From the NCBI GenBank assembly GCA_030390025.1, contig CM059428.1, positions 127,286,001-127,350,000 on the forward strand: a DNA stretch of 64,000 nucleotides, written 5' to 3'. Below are positions 51,346-64,000 of this stretch, piece by piece. Positions within the stretch are counted from its first letter, which is position 1. The number at the start of each line of letters is the position of its first letter. Made by a program: the position numbers and the translations under genes. Under the pieces are notes generated by a model. That model did not search any database. It was not told the origin of the DNA and saw only the letters and a program-made list of their open reading frames with translations. This stretch comes from Squalus acanthias. Lineage: Eukaryota.

Positions 51346-51782
51346 TAGAGAAGGAAAACAAAATGTCCCAAAAATCCTTCCATGAAGATAAGAATCTTGT
51401 CCCTATTGCACGCAACTTGATAGTTGAATAGAAAATAGGTAACTGTTAGCCCATGATGATTAGAGAATGTAACAACAACTTGCATTTATATAGCACCTTT
51501 AACATAAAAAGCATACCAAAGTGCTTCACAGGGATATAATTAAAAAATCTGTGTAATAGGTCTTCCAATGGCATGCAAAACCTATACGATGCCAAGCAAA
51601 TATCACTGCTATGAACACTATGTGTAGGGAATAAACCCTACGTAATAGTCTCTACAACTTGGTAGTCATGACTTCGGCAGTGATATAACAAACTGTATAA
51701 AACATGCTTCAAAACATATTTTTTGTATAGCACCCAAAGACAGTTTCAGATGTCTAATGTACCATACCGGATATCCATGTAT

Positions 51783-54700
51783 TATAAGAACATAAGAAAT
51801 AGCAGGAGTAGGCCATTTGGCCCTTCGAGCCTGCTCCACCATTCAATAAGATCATGGCTGATCTACCTCATCTCCACTTTCCTGCACTATCCCCATATCC
51901 CTTGATTCCCTGAATATTCAAAAATCTATCGATTTCTGTCTTAAATATACTCAACGACTGAGCCTCCACAGCCCTCTGGGGTACAAAGATTCACCACCTT
52001 CTGAGTGAAGAAATTTCTCCTCATCTCAGTCCTAAATGGCCGACCCCTTATTTTGAGACTGTGACCCCTGGTTCTAGACTCCCCAGCCAGGGGAAACATC
52101 CTTCCTGCATCTACCCTGTCAAGCCCTGTAAGAATTTTGTATGTTTCAATGAGATCACCTCTCATTCTTCTAAACTCTAGAGAATATAGGCCTAGTCTGC
52201 TCAATCTCTCCTCATAGGACAATCCCCCCCATTCCCAGGAACCAGTCTGGTAAACCTTTGTTGCACTCCCTCTATGGCAAGTATATCCTTCCTTAGGTAA
52301 GGAGACCAAAACTGTACACAATACTGCAGGTGTGGTCTCACCAGGGCCCTCTATAATTGCAGTAAGACGTCTTTACTCTTATAGTCAAATCCTCTTGTAA
52401 TAAAGGCCAACATACCATTTGCTTTCCTAATTGCTTGCATGTTAACTTTCAGTGATTTGTGTACAAGGATACCCAGGTCCCTCTGAACATCAACATTTCC
52501 CAATCTCTCTCCATTTTAAAAAATACTCTGCTTTTCTATTTTTCCTACCAAAGTGGATAACTTCATATTTCACATTTCTCCACATTATATTCCGTTTGCC
52601 ATGTTCTTGCCCACTCACTTAGCCTGTCTATATCCCCTTGAAGCCTCCTTGCATCCTCCTCACAACTTACATTCCCACCCAGCTTTGTATCATCAGTGAA
52701 CTTGGATATATTACATTTGGTGCCCTCATCCAAACCATTGATGTAGATTGTGAATAGCTGAGGCCCAAGCCCTGTCCTTACGGTACCCCACTAGTTGCAG
52801 CCTGCCAACCTGAAAATGACTTGTTTATTCCTACTCTCTGTTTTCTGTCCGTTAACCAATCCTCAATCCATGCTAGTATATTACCCCCAATCCAATGAGC
52901 CCTAATTTTGTTTAATAACCTCTTGTGTGGCACCTTATCGAATGCCTTCTGAAAATCCAAATACACCACATCCATTGGTTCCCCCTTATCTATTCTGCTA
53001 GTTACAACCTCAAATAGATTTGTCAAACACGATTTCCCTTTCATAAATCTGTGTTGACTCTGCCCAATCCTATTATTATTTTCTAAGTGCCCTGTTACCA
53101 CATCCTTAATAGATTCTAGCATTTTCCCTACTATTGATGTCAGGCTAACTGGTCTGTAGTTCCCCGTTTTCTCTCTCCCTCCTTTCTTAAATAGTGGGGT
53201 TACATTTGCTACCTTCCAATTCGCAGGAACCATTCCAGAATCTATGGAATTTTGAAAAATGACAACCAATGCAACCACTATCTCTAGCCACCTCTTTCAT
53301 AACCCTAGGATGTAGGCCATCTGGTCATGGGGATTTATTGGCTTCTAATACTAATTTCTTTCAGTTCCTCATTCTCACTTTACCCTTGGTTCTCCACTAT
53401 TTCCGGGAAGATTTTTGTGTCTTCCGTGAAGACAGACACAAAGTATTTGTTTAATTTTTCTGCCATTTCCTTATTCCCTATTATTATTTCTCCTGTCTCA
53501 GCCTGTAAGGAACCCACATTTACTTTTACTAATCTTTTCCTTTTTACATACTTATAGAAGCTTTTACAGTCTGTGTTTATGTCTCTTGCTAGTTTACTCT
53601 CATTCTATTTTCTTTATCAATTTCTTGGTCCTCCTTTGCTGAATTCTAAAATCCTCCCAATCCTCAGGCTTACTACTCTTTTTGGCAACATTATAAGCCT
53701 CTTCCTTTCCTCTAATACTATCTTTAACTTCTCTTGTTAGCCACGGTTGGACCACTTTTCCTGTGGGGTTTTTGTGCCTTAAAGGAATGTATATTTGTTG
53801 TAAATTATGTATTAATTCTTTAAATGCTAGCCATTGCTTTTCTACCTTTTAATGTAGTTTCCCCAATCTACCTGAGCCAACTCGCCCCTCATACCTACGT
53901 AGTTTGCTTTGTTTAGATTTAAGACCCTAGTTTCAGATTTAACTACATCACTTTCAAACTCAATATAAAATTCTATCATATTACGGTCACTCTTCCCTAA
54001 AGGTCCCTTTACTACAAGGTTATTAATTACTACAAGGCCCTTTCCTATTGCGCAATACTAGATCTAAAATAGCCTGTTCCCTAGTTGGTTCCTCAACATA
54101 CTGATCTAGAAAACTATCTTGCATACATTCATTCCATGAATTCGTCCGCCACACTATTACTGTAAATTTGGTTTGCCCAGTCTATGTATATTAAAGTCCC
54201 CCATGATCACTGTATTACCCTTGTTACATGCGCCTCTAATTTCCTGATTTATACTCTGCCCTACATTACAACTACTGTTTGGGGGCCTATAAACAACTCC
54301 CACCAATGTTTTCTGCCCCTTGCTGTTTCTTAGCTCCACCCAAACTGATTCTACTTCTTGATTTTCGGAGCCAAGATCCTTTCTCTCTGCTGTCTTTATC
54401 CCATTCCTTTATTATCTCTTCTAAAAGTTAAGTATCCTCGAATATTTAGTTCCCAACCTTGGCCACTTTGCAACCATGTCTCTGTTATGGCTATTAGATC
54501 GAACCTGTTAATTTCTATCTGCGCTATTAATTCATCTATTTTGTTGCGAATGCTTTGCGAATTCGGAGGTAGTGCCTTCAGCTTTGACTTATTTATATTT
54601 TTCCCTGATGTCACCTTAGTCACTGATGCCTTATTACCTTTGTTACTCTCTCTGTCCCTTCCTGACCCACTCTGCTTATTTTTACCCAAAACTCTGCTCT

Positions 54701-54950
54701 GCTCTAGAGCCTTGACATTTCTCTCTCTGCTTTTAAATTTACTCTTTCCTGAATCCTCTTTTCCCCCCCCCCTTCCCCTCCCCTCCCCTCCCCTCCCCTC
54801 CCCTCCTCCTCCCCCTCCTCCTCCCCACCCTCCCCTTCTGTTAACTACAGTTTTTAAAATTCTAGGTTAAAATCAAAATCTTAAACTAAATTTCACTTTT
54901 TACAGCTTCTACTTACCCAATACTTACCAGAAATTCGCACTCTTGCTTTC
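51783..54950 (-). mobile_element. CR1 LINE with the whole ORF2 region (degenerate) but no visible ORF1
   Basis: Tail complement ATAAGAACATAAGAA; ORFs 51941-52321, 52778-53278, 54157-54339 and 54396-54689. Confidence 0.9.
54760..54836. repeat. C-rich simple repeat (CCCCT/CCT)n
   Basis: Direct inspection. Confidence 0.9.
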
Positions 54951-56125
54951 ATTATTATGACCCAGGAAAGTGATGAATTAACTGCAATGATTAATTATAG
55001 TAACTTGGTTAGGAATATTTGTTGTTTTAAAAAACACAACATAAACATATGTTTAACTTCATTGTCCCAGACTGTCCTAACTTGCATGTGTCTGTGGGCC
55101 TTTTGTAGTTGTGAAGTAACTCTTAATGTACTGCATCCTAGGTTATATGTATTTTTTCAGCGTGCAAGGATCAGATCCTTTTCCTAGTCAGCAGCTGTTG
55201 CAAATGACTTCAACCAGCTGTTGCAAATGACTTCAACCAATCATAAGCTTTTATTTATTTAAACAATAAAACCCAAACCAGTTTAACGCAAGTCTAATAA
55301 CTGGGATTATGAACGAAGATTAAACATATTGGGTTCTGGCAAAATGTTGCTAGTGGTTGAAAGGTTAGACTAGCAGAACCAGAAACACCCACAAGCAAGC
55401 TGCCAGTCACTAATGTTAGCATGATAATTGTATTGACCAGATTCCTATTTTTAATAGGATGCTGATTTTTAATGAAAAATCAAATTCAAATTCTTAATTT
55501 TTTCCTCTCCATGATTAATTTAATTGTTTGGAAACTTTCACAAAATGGCAGTCAGCAGTGCAGCTTGCAGACCTCCACAGATGGCTTCTGACTCGAGTTT
55601 AGCCGATTCACTCCCAGTCTCACTGATGGAAGCAATTAGGTTACACCATGCTGTAGTTAGCCTTAAATAGGTTTACAATCTGACCCCACGGGGGGGCGTA
55701 AGTGTAGCAGAACAGAAAATTGAAGAGTTGTTGTTCAACAACTATACAAGTGCATTGTCATCTGGGGATATAAATCAGTGTAGTTCATTTTTTTTTAAAC
55801 TGTAGTCACATTAAATGGAAAACTACAGATAAGGTGTAATATATTAAGAGTATCCAAATGATATCCAACTTCGTCAGATTTTTTAGGAAACTAGCATAAT
55901 TATAAAATTTCCGTCCTCAAGTGCATTTTAATTTATGCCAACACCCAGGAACAGATTTTGAATGCTGCGTAAGAACATACAAGATCTTTTTGGCAAAAAC
56001 TTCATTAGGGTCTGGGAGCTCTGCCATTAACTGATCACTACTGTGTAGAACTAAAAAGAACAGCTGGTGCTACTTGGATCAAATTATCTTGTGGCAGCTA
56101 GATTTTTGTTGTTTTTATGATCTTT

Positions 56126-56315
56126 CAACAACAACTTGTATTTATATAGCGTCTTTAACGTAAAACGTCCCAAGGCGCTTCACAGGAGCATTATAAGACA
56201 AAAAATTTGACCCTGAGCCACATAAGGAGAAATTAGGGCAGATGACCAAAAGCTTGGTCAAAGAGGTAGGTGTTAAGGAGTATTTTAAAGGAGGAAAGAG
56301 AGGTTTAGGGAGGGA
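56126..56315 (-). mobile_element. L2 3' end
   Basis: Near-identical to 36895-37049 and 37261 onward. Confidence 0.85.
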
Positions 56316-56884
56316 TTTATATCATGTATTTTTTATGATGTAGGTTATTGTATCAATTAGGGCTGAACATTCATGCATATATGGATGCCGCAGGCACCTG
56401 GACTGCCTGATGCTTGAAAGACATTTTTTTCCTGTGTTGCTGACTTCCCTTTCTAGCTTCCTAGAACATAAGAATTTTTTTAGCAATAGTGAAAAGTCAT
56501 TTTGCCACAAGTCCTTCCCATTTTTATTGATCTCAATCCCATCTACCCATCCTCTCACCATGTCTCTCATTCCTCTCAGAAGCAGGTGTAGTTGCCTCTC
56601 TACCCCATTTAGGCTGAGTCTTTCAGCGGCCTTCCCAACAAACCTTATCTTTGTTTTAATTCCTTTCATACTTTTAACTGTGTGAAAAGCAGGGAACTAA
56701 AGATTATAAGAAAAATCCACGGCTCTCATACAATTTTTCAGAACTACAAAGACTGGTTTCATCACCCAAGATTAAATGTGTTCTTCACATTCTTTGTTCA
56801 TGGGCAGTTCGAGATACTGAATTTCAAACATTTCCTTCAGTGTGAGACTCGCAACATTAATATCTCCAAAAGATCTCTAAAGGA

Positions 56885-57135
56885 GCATTTGTTACGGCCA
56901 TTAAGAGTCAACCATGTAGTGTGGGACTAGTCACATGTAGGCCAGATTCCCTTCCCTGAAGGACATTAATGAACCAGTTGGGTTTTTACAACAATCCAGA
57001 AACTTTCATGGTCATTTCTTGGTGTTAGCCCACAAATGACCCGATCTATTGAATTCAGTTCACAACAAGCCTTGGTGGGTTTGAACTCTCAATCTCTGGG
57101 TTGCTAGTCTGGTATCATAACCACTAGGCTACTGC
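56885..57135 (-). mobile_element. Degraded tRNA-derived SINE
   Basis: Box B complement GGTTTGAAC and a head-like end at ~57130. Confidence 0.55.
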
Positions 57136-57898
57136 CCCTTAAAGTCATATGAAATCATGTAGAAAATAACCTATTTTGGGCATGATGGAGCTCTGCTTCC
57201 ACCAAAGTTGCTAGATCTCCAGTTTTGGGAATACCCACCTGGTAACTTACTTTATTGAAAACCAGAGATAAAAAATAATGGTTTTCTGATAGCTGTTTGA
57301 AAACCATGGTCTGCACATGTGCTGGTGACTTATTCTATACAATGCAGTGTGCAAATATTTAAGTTCCTTAAGCCCACCTCTCTCTGTCAGATGCCATGGG
57401 GGACAAGGGTAAGGAGTGGGTGAAGTATATGAGCTTACCTTGGAGTGTGTACATAAAAATGTTAATATTTCCTTTATAAGTGGAAAGATACCTGTCTGTG
57501 TCCCATTTCATTGTCTGAAGAGTGGCTCTTAATTAAGATAACCGATAGAAACGCATTTACACCTGAGCCTCAACCGTTCCATCTCAAACTCAATTTGTGT
57601 CCACATTTTGGGCTCAGCTAAAAGGTAGCCGACCCAGTTAAATTATATATTTAATCTTTTTTATTTTCTAACAGATGTATGTTTGGTTAGTTTTGTACTT
57701 ACTAAACGATGGCCATGTGCGGTTTGAATTCATATATACATTGTGGATATGTTCTCCTTAATTCTGTACTGCTACAGCTTTTTGGGTGTGTACCATGATT
57801 CCATATTACTTATTAATAGTGTTGTGCTTAAATTACCACCATCATATGCTGTTGAGGGCGATGGGCATTGTCTAGACACAGGCTTGTAATGACATACT

Positions 57899-58662
57899 GG
57901 CCCAGAAATTAAACATCGATGGTTCCCGCGGGGGTAAGGATTCCCCGCGATATCGCACTCCGCGCCTACCTTTTTGTTTGGGGCCCACACGAACTTTAGT
58001 TTCAGGGCCTCTCCCTGTTGCAACCGTGCAGTGCTTGCGTGTCCCAGAGGCGCAATTAGTTCGCGTGAGCTCTGGGATCACGTGATTCAGTTAGAGCCAA
58101 TGGCAGCACACCATCTTTCATTCATAGTTTTGACAGCAAGGGCTGCCAAAGCTATGAATACTACAAGCCCCCAAAAGAACAGCTAAACCTCAATTAAATT
58201 TTAAAAAAAGCCATCACATTAATAAAATAACTATAGTTAAATAAATTAACCACTTTAAACAAAAAATTAAATTTTTGAAAAAATTTAAAATCTTTTTAAA
58301 AGTTATAAAAATAAACTTACCTTTCTTTAAAGTCTCTAAAAAAGATAAACCTGTTGAAAACAATTTAAAATAACACTTAATTAACTACTTACCTTGTTAA
58401 AAGGGGGTCCTATGCCTGCTTTCTTTATGTGTAAAATCTTCACCACTTACCTGCGCGTTCAAACCTGAAAAAAAAACTAAGTGCACTGCGTGTGCACAAC
58501 CTGTAGTGCGCACGCGGTTCACTTAGGAACCGCCCCCTTTGCAATTCACGAAGTGCCGGTTTCCTGCGCATGCGCAGTGCATGCAGGAAACCGGCAATTC
58601 GGGACCTAATACGCGAGAGTACACAGTGCGTACTCTCGCGTATTAGGTCTAATTTTCGGACC
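57899..58662 (-). mobile_element. Hairpin-rich MITE family H, copy 2 (inverted)
   Basis: Reverse complement is colinear with 31750-32493; 3-bp TSD ACT. Confidence 0.88.
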
Positions 58663-59111
58663 ACTGTTTGTCACCCTATGGACTTGAGTCCAAACTGCTC
58701 ATGGGTCAACAGCAGTGTTTAAATTGTTGAGCAGTTCTATGCTGTATTCTTTTCAGTCTGATCATAGGTGGTTGAACAGTAGGATTGTTAACTTGAAAAC
58801 TTCTAAGTTTAAGAGACTAATAGCACTTGAAAGTTAATATTTGACAATAAGTCCTATATTTTTAAAAATGAAAGTGATGTATTGCACACTGGAAGGCAAT
58901 GGGAAGTTAGGGCTGTAAAGGGTTCTGATGATTTGAATTGCAAGTGCTGCCATCAGAGCCTTAAGGATTGAACAATAACCATATTTCCTCATGGATTAGT
59001 CTTTAAAAGTGTATAATCGCTTGTGCTGAAGCTCAGTACATATGATATGGGATTTGCTGCTGACTAGTGTTTTAAGTTAACAGTGCATAATTTGGGTCAA
59101 TAGAAAACAAT

Positions 59112-59250
59112 GGGCTGGATTTTACCTTTCGGTGTGGCCTAGGGGCGGGGCAGCTTCCTTCCAGGTTCCGATCCCGTCCCCAACGATGTCTGACGCACAG
59201 ACGTTATTTTGCGTTAATTGGCCTTGTTACGCCCGCCCTGCAGGCTTTGT
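59112..59250. mobile_element. Harbinger-MITE left end fragment
   Basis: GGGCTGGATTTT terminus; colinear with 34553-34690. Confidence 0.75.
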
Positions 59251-59569
59251 ATTCTATGATTGATTAGTGTAACACTGAGCCATACAGATCAAACCAAATT
59301 TGTTCTGTTTTTTGCTTAATCGGTTGATGTAACCTTGGGGTAGAGGGGGGTGGGGTCCTGCTCCTATATCAAGTGATTCTTGCTGGAAATTCCTGTGACG
59401 ATTGATGACGGGAATTGGCAATGATTTTTCTCCCCCACTCCCACATACCCAGTTGAATACCCTGTCAACCCTCGCTGTTCAGATGCCCACTTGAGTAAGT
59501 TACTGTTACCACCCCAGCATGAGTCATTGCTTCAGGAGAAGAGAGAATAAATTGGAGGGACAAATATAA

Positions 59570-59710
59570 AGGATAATTTTCTGACTTTGCACGCCCAGCA
59601 GGGAGCCTCGTAAATGATTGGAAAGTCATGTGCAGCGTAAGCCTGAATTGGCAATATATGGCCCCAACTGTTGAGGATCTGCTAGAACCGTAAAGTTAGA
59701 AAATTATCCC
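59570..59710. mobile_element. Small MITE
   Basis: TIR GGATAATTTTCTGACTTTGC / GTAAAGTTAGAAAATTATCC. Confidence 0.75.
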
Positions 59711-62599
59711 TATGGTATACAGTATCTGTATATCATGAGTATCTTCACTTGTGAGCTCATTCTTGACTTTATTCCTTGTGAATTGTAGAGTTGTCACTTG
59801 ATATGTTTTTTTTTTGTTAGCCATGAGGTTACAGCTTCTAATATTTATTTAAAAAGTGCACCTTAGTGTTCATTTAAATTCAGTAGAAACAATGTACGTG
59901 TGTTTCTTTCTGTTTACTGTGTATGGGTGTTTAGGTTTGGCCTTTTTCTTTTCTTTTTCTCCCTTTGTGTTTTTTTTTCCAGTTTGTTTCTGTTTTTGTC
60001 TCCTTGTCTTTTTTTCTTTTTAGATGGAAAGGGGTGGGTGTGCAGGTTGGAAGTGCAGTGAAGGGAGAGTGGCATGGGTGCCAGCTGGTGTCAGGGTTGA
60101 AGTATGGTGGCAAGCTGAATGAGATGGGAGAGAATGTCGTAGAGGTTGAAGATGGACTTCTGGCTGCGACTGGGACCTTTGGTAAGTGGTAGCAAGAGTT
60201 GGTAGTGGGTGGCGTAAGATTGAGACAATGATGGCAAATGTGTAGGGCAGGACAGAACATTTTGAGAGCGAGGGTGAGTGAAGAACTGGACTCTAGTGGG
60301 ACCAGGAGGAGGCTATGATGGAGGGAGAGATGGTTGGAGAATCGTGGGTGCATAATGTGAGGTATAGTACTATAAGTGTTATAAAAACAATTGTGCCTGG
60401 AACCATGCTGGAAGTTGGTGGATGTTCAGGCTGCACACTAGTTGCAAAACCTGTATAGCTCAATACAAAGAAACGAACTAGTGAAGAGTGGACTTCATAC
60501 AAAAATCAGTTGTGAATATTAGAAAAGGTAAGAGGGTGATTATTGATTTACAATTGTGACCGCAATAGGAAATTTTTTAAAAAAAAAAACTTTTTTTAAT
60601 GGTATCTGTTAAAGACCAGATTGGGTCTTCAAGGGATATGTTGGGTGGAAATGTCAGATATATTAAATTAATTTTAGAAGGCGGCAACTAAAGTACTAGA
60701 GGAGGGCTATGAAGTAGATTTCAGTTTTTTGTATTTTTAGTAGATACAAAGCTACACATACTGGGCTCTTCAAAAGGGATAGGGCTCATGAAATTAACTT
60801 CTATGAACTGGCTTGGTAGTAGCTTCAGGTTATCATCAAATTTTATGGTATTACACAAAGTATTCTCCTCTACATTGTTTATGAATACTGTGAACAAGAG
60901 ACTCGGGCCCTTACAAATGTGCACAAATGACAGATCCTCAGAGCAAGCTATTCCAATTATCAATAAGAGTTCTACACAAAAATAATTCCGAGCAGTCTCA
61001 GTCCATTTCCTTGTTGATGTGAGTCCATGGTTGAAATTTCCAGTCTCTTGCACTGGAGCAATTGATTTTAGGAAGACAGAAGGTAAACTAATACAGTTTT
61101 GCTGATCTTGTGCCTAATGTTTTTTTTTTATACAATCATTTTTCTGACATCTTTGTGGAGAGCTTAGTATTGTAGTGTTTTGTCATTACGGTCTTGTAAA
61201 AATGTACTATAAATGCAAGTATTTCTTCGAATTGATAAATTATTTTTCTGATGCTTCATCCATCTGATCATTTTATGGTATGCAAGGGAATATGTTTTGT
61301 GCACTTGAGTATTTTCTACAACTTCAGTTCTTTCTATCTTGATGTTGATATTGATTTTTTGCAGTATATCTCCGATTCTGTTTGAATGTGTCCATATTCA
61401 TATTGTCTAACTCAAGGAGCTCCATATGTGACTTGAGTTAATGTGTTCATTCTGATTTCAGAGCACAGCTGTTGAATTTCATGGCTGCATTCCCTTGCTT
61501 CAATGTGAATTGATCCCTATTGACTTCTCTGTTTTAAATTCAAATGTTTCAGCAGCCAATGAGAATCTGAGACTCTGTATCAGAGTTGATCAAACCTTAT
61601 CAACAATTGAGCTTCAGTAAGAACTCTGAAATCCGACACATGGGGTATGCATGCCTAATAAGTAGCTACTTTTTGAACCTACAATGGATATGGGTCATTT
61701 TAAGTTGTATGCAGTGTCTCTGTGTGAGTGGTGCACAGTCCAGAAGCACACAACATATTCCTGTATTTCCTTTTTCAATGTGGTGGTAGGGCGAGAGCCA
61801 GTTGCCTAATAGTTCCATTTAGACGTGCTTGATGAGATTGGTGGCAGGCGGGATACTCAAATATACTTTGTTTTTGAAAAGTGTCCCAGCAGAAAGTATG
61901 TGATTTGCATTGCTAGTTTGTTACTGATGGTAAACTGACTATGTAAAATAAGCAGTGCCACTGTCAGCTGAAGCCACAGACACCAGAAAAAGAAGTGGTT
62001 TTCGCAGGTGCCTCCAGTGGCAAAGCACCTGTCAGAAGCTGAGGTGGCCAAATTTCTGGCTGCTTGCAGCTGAGCGGCTTAGCTCACTCGTACAAGCCAA
62101 TAAAGTGGGCTTGCTGGCTTATATGGACCTTTGCCCGAATTCGAGAAGATACAGTGACATAGTTGGGCACAATTGTTTTAAAATAACACTAGCTGTTGTC
62201 GAAACCACCCACATTGTATGCAATATAATTTCTAATGCACCCATAACTTGCAACTGCTGTTGCAGAATTGCTTCCTGAAGTGGTTCTACAAGGTAAATGT
62301 GACACAAATGACCAATTCTAGGCTATTAAGTTAACTTGTTGCTTAGTAGCTCCAAATTTGTCATGAAAATTTAATTTTTTTCTACATATTAAAAAATAGA
62401 ATCGACAGTGTTATTCACAGCAGGGAAGAGAACCGTTAAATGTGTTTGTGGTGAGCAAGTAACATTTTCTACGGTAGCCAAACAAGGTGTGAAATTCCAA
62501 GTGTTACGGTGTGTTGGTCAGATTTTGATGTGATTCGGTTTCTGTAGATGTTCAAATAATGTGCTGATGTTTTTTTCCACCCCCTTCCTGTATTTCCAG

Positions 62600-62716
62600 G
62601 AGAAGATGGATCTGGTAAAACCACGTTAATAGCAAAATTACAAGGAGTAGAGGACTACAAGAAAGGGAGAGGAATGGAGTTTTTGTACCTCGATGTTCAT
62701 GATGAAGACATTGATG
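62600..62716 (+). CDS. DYNC1LI1: Dynein light intermediate chain exon 3 (P-loop)
   Basis: TTTCCAG acceptor; (G)[38 protein letters not shown]; donor GTGAGT. The YKKGRG segment is LI1-like by recall. Confidence 0.93.
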
Positions 62717-62840
62717 GTGAGTGCCTTACTGTGCTTGGAAAACTTGTTTATTTTTTCATTAATATTGCAACATGCTTTTAATGTGTGCTTGAACATTCTC
62801 TTGGTTACTCATTTTTCATACCAAAAAAAATGTAAACATA

Positions 62841-63544
62841 GGGCCAGAATTTGCAGTGGGCAATAACGGTGAACTAACAGTGTTCGCCATTATTACCACT
62901 TTGAAACTGACCGCAATTTCAGAATGTAGCGCATGTGCATCTAAACACGGAAATCCTGAAGTTGCGGTCAGTCATTCACTGCGCTGACACTGGCTGCACT
63001 GTGGAGACCCCCACCCCATAGCTGGCAATCAGTGAAACTGATGAAAACTTGAGCTGTTCCATGGTAATATTGCTGTTAAATACCCCATTAAATGTTAGGC
63101 CTTGTTGGATTAGGTGTAATTGGGGTTTTAACAGTGTATTGACTGCTAAACAAACGTTGTGGCCCTGAAAAACTAATTTTAATTTTGTGGAGTGTCAAAT
63201 TTCTCCATTATGATGTTTTTTTATATTTTTTTAAAGTTTGTTCATATTTACTTCAGATTTTACCTTATCCCCATGTGAGAGCCCGAATCTTCGTTTTGCT
63301 CTCTAACATTTTTAAAAAGTCGGGATAAAAGCAGGTTCTCATTTCCTGCTTCTCTGTCTGTCTGTGAGAATTCTGCAATGTGATTGGCTGCTTAGACAGG
63401 GATTCCCCATAATATTGCACTGAAATCACTTGCGCGTCGAAAAAGGCAAACTTCTCGCCAGAGATCGCGTGTTCTCTGGGGGAAGCTTTCTTTGCGGCCA
63501 GCGGCAAACGTCTTTGCTTTGCTGCTGACCACAAATTCCGGGTC
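62841..63544. mobile_element. MITE family A, inverted copy
   Basis: Ends GGGCCAGAATTTGC / CACAAATTCCGGGTC; reverse-complement similarity to 29213-29981. Confidence 0.8.
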
Positions 63545-63574
63545 ATGGTGAACGTTTGTGTCCTGGAAATAGTC

Positions 63575-63840
63575 ATTAGAGATGAAACTAGTACCCTCTC
63601 TGCAGCCTTTGGCTCGGTCGACCACACCATCATCCTCCAGCATTTCCCCTTCATTGCCCAGCTCAGTGGGACTGCCATCCCTTGGCTCCACTCTTACCTA
63701 TTCAGTTGCAGCCAAGGCATCTCCAGCAATGGCTTCTCTTCCCAGCCCAGAACGTTGCCTCAAGTCCCCAAGGGATCTATCCTCGGCTCCCTCCTGTTGC
63801 TCATTAACGTGCTGTCCCTTGGCGACATCACCATTTCCCC
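63575..63840 (+). mobile_element. Degraded L2 RT fragment
   Basis: LSAAFGSVDHTIIL and VPKGSILGSLL in ORF 63545-63880. Confidence 0.8.
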
Positions 63841-64000
63841 TACCCACTCCCCCTTGCGAGTTTCATGGCTGCTGAAGTGAAGGTAATGCTGCATGATTGT
63901 GACCCAATTTTCCCTCTGTGCCACTTCATGGCGCCATCACCATAGGTCATTAACACAGCATGTTTACCAAGAAGTAGAAACAAGTTTTAGGCTACAGCTA

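Noticed and set aside
59931-60900. ORFs near 60 kb
   Set aside because: Low-complexity sequence and probable degraded LINE remnants; no coherent frame.

Overview
Eukaryotic (vertebrate) genomic DNA. The repeat content (CR1 and L2 LINEs, Deu-domain tRNA SINEs, Penelope-derived hairpins, many Harbinger elements) suggests a cartilaginous fish; this is inferred, not shown. The only host gene I can identify is a cytoplasmic dynein-1 light intermediate chain (probably DYNC1LI1) on the + strand. Its CpG-island exon 1 is at 43173-43312, exon 2 at 43420-43493 and exon 3 at 62600-62716, with a ~19 kb TE-filled intron 2. The first ~35 kb holds PIF/Harbinger transposons (DDE transposase plus a convergent spliced Myb/SANT gene) at every stage of decay, from near-complete copies to deletion derivatives and MITEs, often nested. 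Also present are one apparently full-length CR1 LINE, several long CR1 fragments, L2 fragments, hAT MITEs with 8-bp TSDs and SINEs. I found no convincing wholly new protein-coding system. The best leads are a hairpin-rich MITE family with covarying stems and clustered splice donors, a minimal hammerhead ribozyme with an intact core, a tail-less CR1 fragment inside a Harbinger end, and the Harbinger deletion series. All family assignments come from recalled motifs; no database search was run.
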